DNA of 64,000 bases from an uncultured Acidimicrobiaceae bacterium (GTDB lineage Bacteria; Actinomycetota; Acidimicrobiia; Spongiisociales; ZC4RG35): assembly GCA_964653975.1 (NCBI GenBank), contig CAZZIG010000129.1, forward strand, positions 5,440 to 69,439. The letters run 5' to 3'. Positions 62,902 through 64,000 of the stretch are shown here, piece by piece (positions within the stretch are counted from its first letter, which is position 1; the number at the start of each line of letters is the position of its first letter). A program made the position numbers and the translations under genes. Under the pieces are notes generated by a model. It made no database searches, was not told the DNA's origin, and was given only the letters and a program-made list of their open reading frames with translations.

Positions 62902-63180
62902 ATGACCGAATCGACCCTCCACCACGACGTCGCCGGAATGTTCGCCGGGGCCGCCCGCGCCCACCACGAAGCCACCGGTGGCGCCAGCCCGGGATGGCCC
63001 CACTGGTACGCCCAACACCTCGTCGACGACCTCAACGATGCGCTGGGGTCTGACCTCACCAGCGACGCCCTGGCCGACTGGCTCGTCGACGCCGATCGTC
63101 GTTATCAGGAGGAGTCGCCCTCGGAGTCCTGGCCCAAGGCCTACGCCCACTGGATCCTGGCGGAGCGTGCGTCGGGCTGA
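62902..63180 (+). CDS. Hypothetical 92-aa protein
   Basis: Coding-like codon usage. MTESTLHHDVAGMFAGAARAHHEATGGASPGWPHWYAQHLVDDL... Confidence 0.5.
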   Translation: MTESTLHHDVAGMFAGAARAHHEATGGASPGWPHWYAQHLVDDLNDALGSDLTSDALADWLVDADRRYQEESPSESWPKAYAHWILAERASG

Positions 63181-63224
63181 GTCGCAGACCGGGGTTGCCG
63201 CCTCAGGACTGGCTCGGTGGGACT

Positions 63225-63357
63225 CTCCACTCCGCTGCACACCGTCACCCAAGACACCACCCAACGCAGCCCAAACCAAAACCAACCTGACCCCCTCCAC
63301 TCCGCTGCACACCGTCACCCAAGACACCACCCAACGCAGCCCAAACCAAAACCAACC
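63225..63357 (+). repeat. Perfect 63-nt tandem direct repeat (two copies, 7-nt spacer), C-rich and G-poor on the + strand
   Basis: CTCCACTCCGCTGCACACCGTCACCCAAGACACCACCCAACGCAGCCCAAACCAAAACCAACC at 63225-63287 and again at 63295-63357. The 70-nt period is not a multiple of 3. Confidence 0.9.
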
Positions 63358-63384
63358 CTCAGCCCCTGACCGGCTCGAGGACGG

Positions 63385-64000
63385 CTACCGGTAGTTGGCG
63401 GCAGCCCCCGTGTTGAACAGCACCACTTCATCGTCGGTGGTCAACCAGCCATCGGAGAGAAGACGGCGGTAGGCGGCGAGACAGGCCCCGCCCTCGGGAG
63501 ACCCGATGATCCCCGCTTCGGTCGCCAGCGCCGTGGTGGCCGCTGCCATCTCAGCCTCAGAGACCGCTATCCCCGTTCCGTCTGTGGCCCGGAGCGCGGC
63601 GAGCATCAGCCGGTCCCCGATGGCGGAGGGCACCCGGAGTCCGTAGGCCTCGGTCACCCCGGGATCCACCCAGGGCTCGGCCCGGGTCGCGCCCTCGTGG
63701 AAAGCCCGCACGATGGGTGCGCAATCCGCGGATTGGACCGCCACCAGCCGTGGTCGTTCCGGACCGAGCCAACCGAGCTCCTCCATCTCGTCGAAGGCCT
63801 TGGCCATGCCCACGAGACCGGTGCCGCCTCCAGTCGGGTAGAAGATGGCGTCGGGGAGACGACCCAGATCCCAATAGATCTCATATCCCATCATCTTCTT
63901 TCCCTCCACGCGGTAGGGCTCGCCCAGGGTGGCGAGAGAGAAGGAATGGCCGTCTTGGTTGGCAGCAGCTTTGGCAGCGTCTGCGATGGTCCCCTCGACC
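63385..64000 (-). CDS. thrC: Threonine synthase-type fold-II PLP enzyme (N-terminal part lies beyond the right window edge)
   Basis: ORF 63385..63909 continues open to position 64000. ...LGEPYRVEGKKMMGYEIYWDLGRLPDAIFYPTGGGTGLVGMAKAF...LVAVQSADCAPIV...SAIGD...GIIGSPEGGACLAA... Confidence 0.6.
   Translation of the reverse strand, partial: VEGTIADAAKAAANQDGHSFSLATLGEPYRVEGKKMMGYEIYWDLGRLPDAIFYPTGGGTGLVGMAKAFDEMEELGWLGPERPRLVAVQSADCAPIVRAFHEGATRAEPWVDPGVTEAYGLRVPSAIGDRLMLAALRATDGTGIAVSEAEMAAATTALATEAGIIGSPEGGACLAAYRRLLSDGWLTTDDEVVLFNTGAAANYR

Noticed and set aside
63225-63357. The tandem 63-nt repeat as a coding repeat or CRISPR-like array.
   Set aside because: The 70-nt period is not a multiple of 3. 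Only two copies exist, with a 7-nt spacer. There is no internal dyad symmetry and there are no cas genes.

Overview
High-G+C, gene-dense chromosomal segment of actinobacterial type. The taxon is inferred from codon bias, GTG/TTG starts, ATGA/GTGA-coupled operons and many luciferase-like (LLM) oxidoreductases. I found no rRNA, tRNA, CRISPR array, transposase or integrase by eye. Most long ORFs in the six-frame track are Arg/Pro-rich antisense or out-of-frame artefacts; about 60 CDSs are supportable. Main content: (1) a complete trpE-G-D-C-F-B-A operon preceded by a Trp-Trp-Trp leader peptide and a terminator/antiterminator; (2) a citramalate-synthase-type gene preceded by an Ile-Ile-Ile-Ile leader peptide; (3) a TPR-CHAT protease / ECF sigma / small ORF operon with a divergent signal-less S8 subtilase, which resembles the Csx29-RpoE-Csx30 module of type III-E CRISPR loci but has no cas genes; (4) a ~385-nt intergenic element with long-range end pairing and several perfect hairpins, a candidate large structured RNA; (5) two copies of a ~120-nt nested-palindrome repeat that differ by compensatory substitutions; (6) a signalling-rich stretch with a SARP/STAND regulator, three histidine kinases without response regulators and two class III cyclases; (7) a malQ gene broken at a G-run and a histidine kinase separated from a signal-anchor ORF by one in-frame TGA; (8) a 63-nt C-rich tandem duplication. 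Functional calls come from motifs recognised in the translations, with no database search. Start codons are often uncertain by a few codons.
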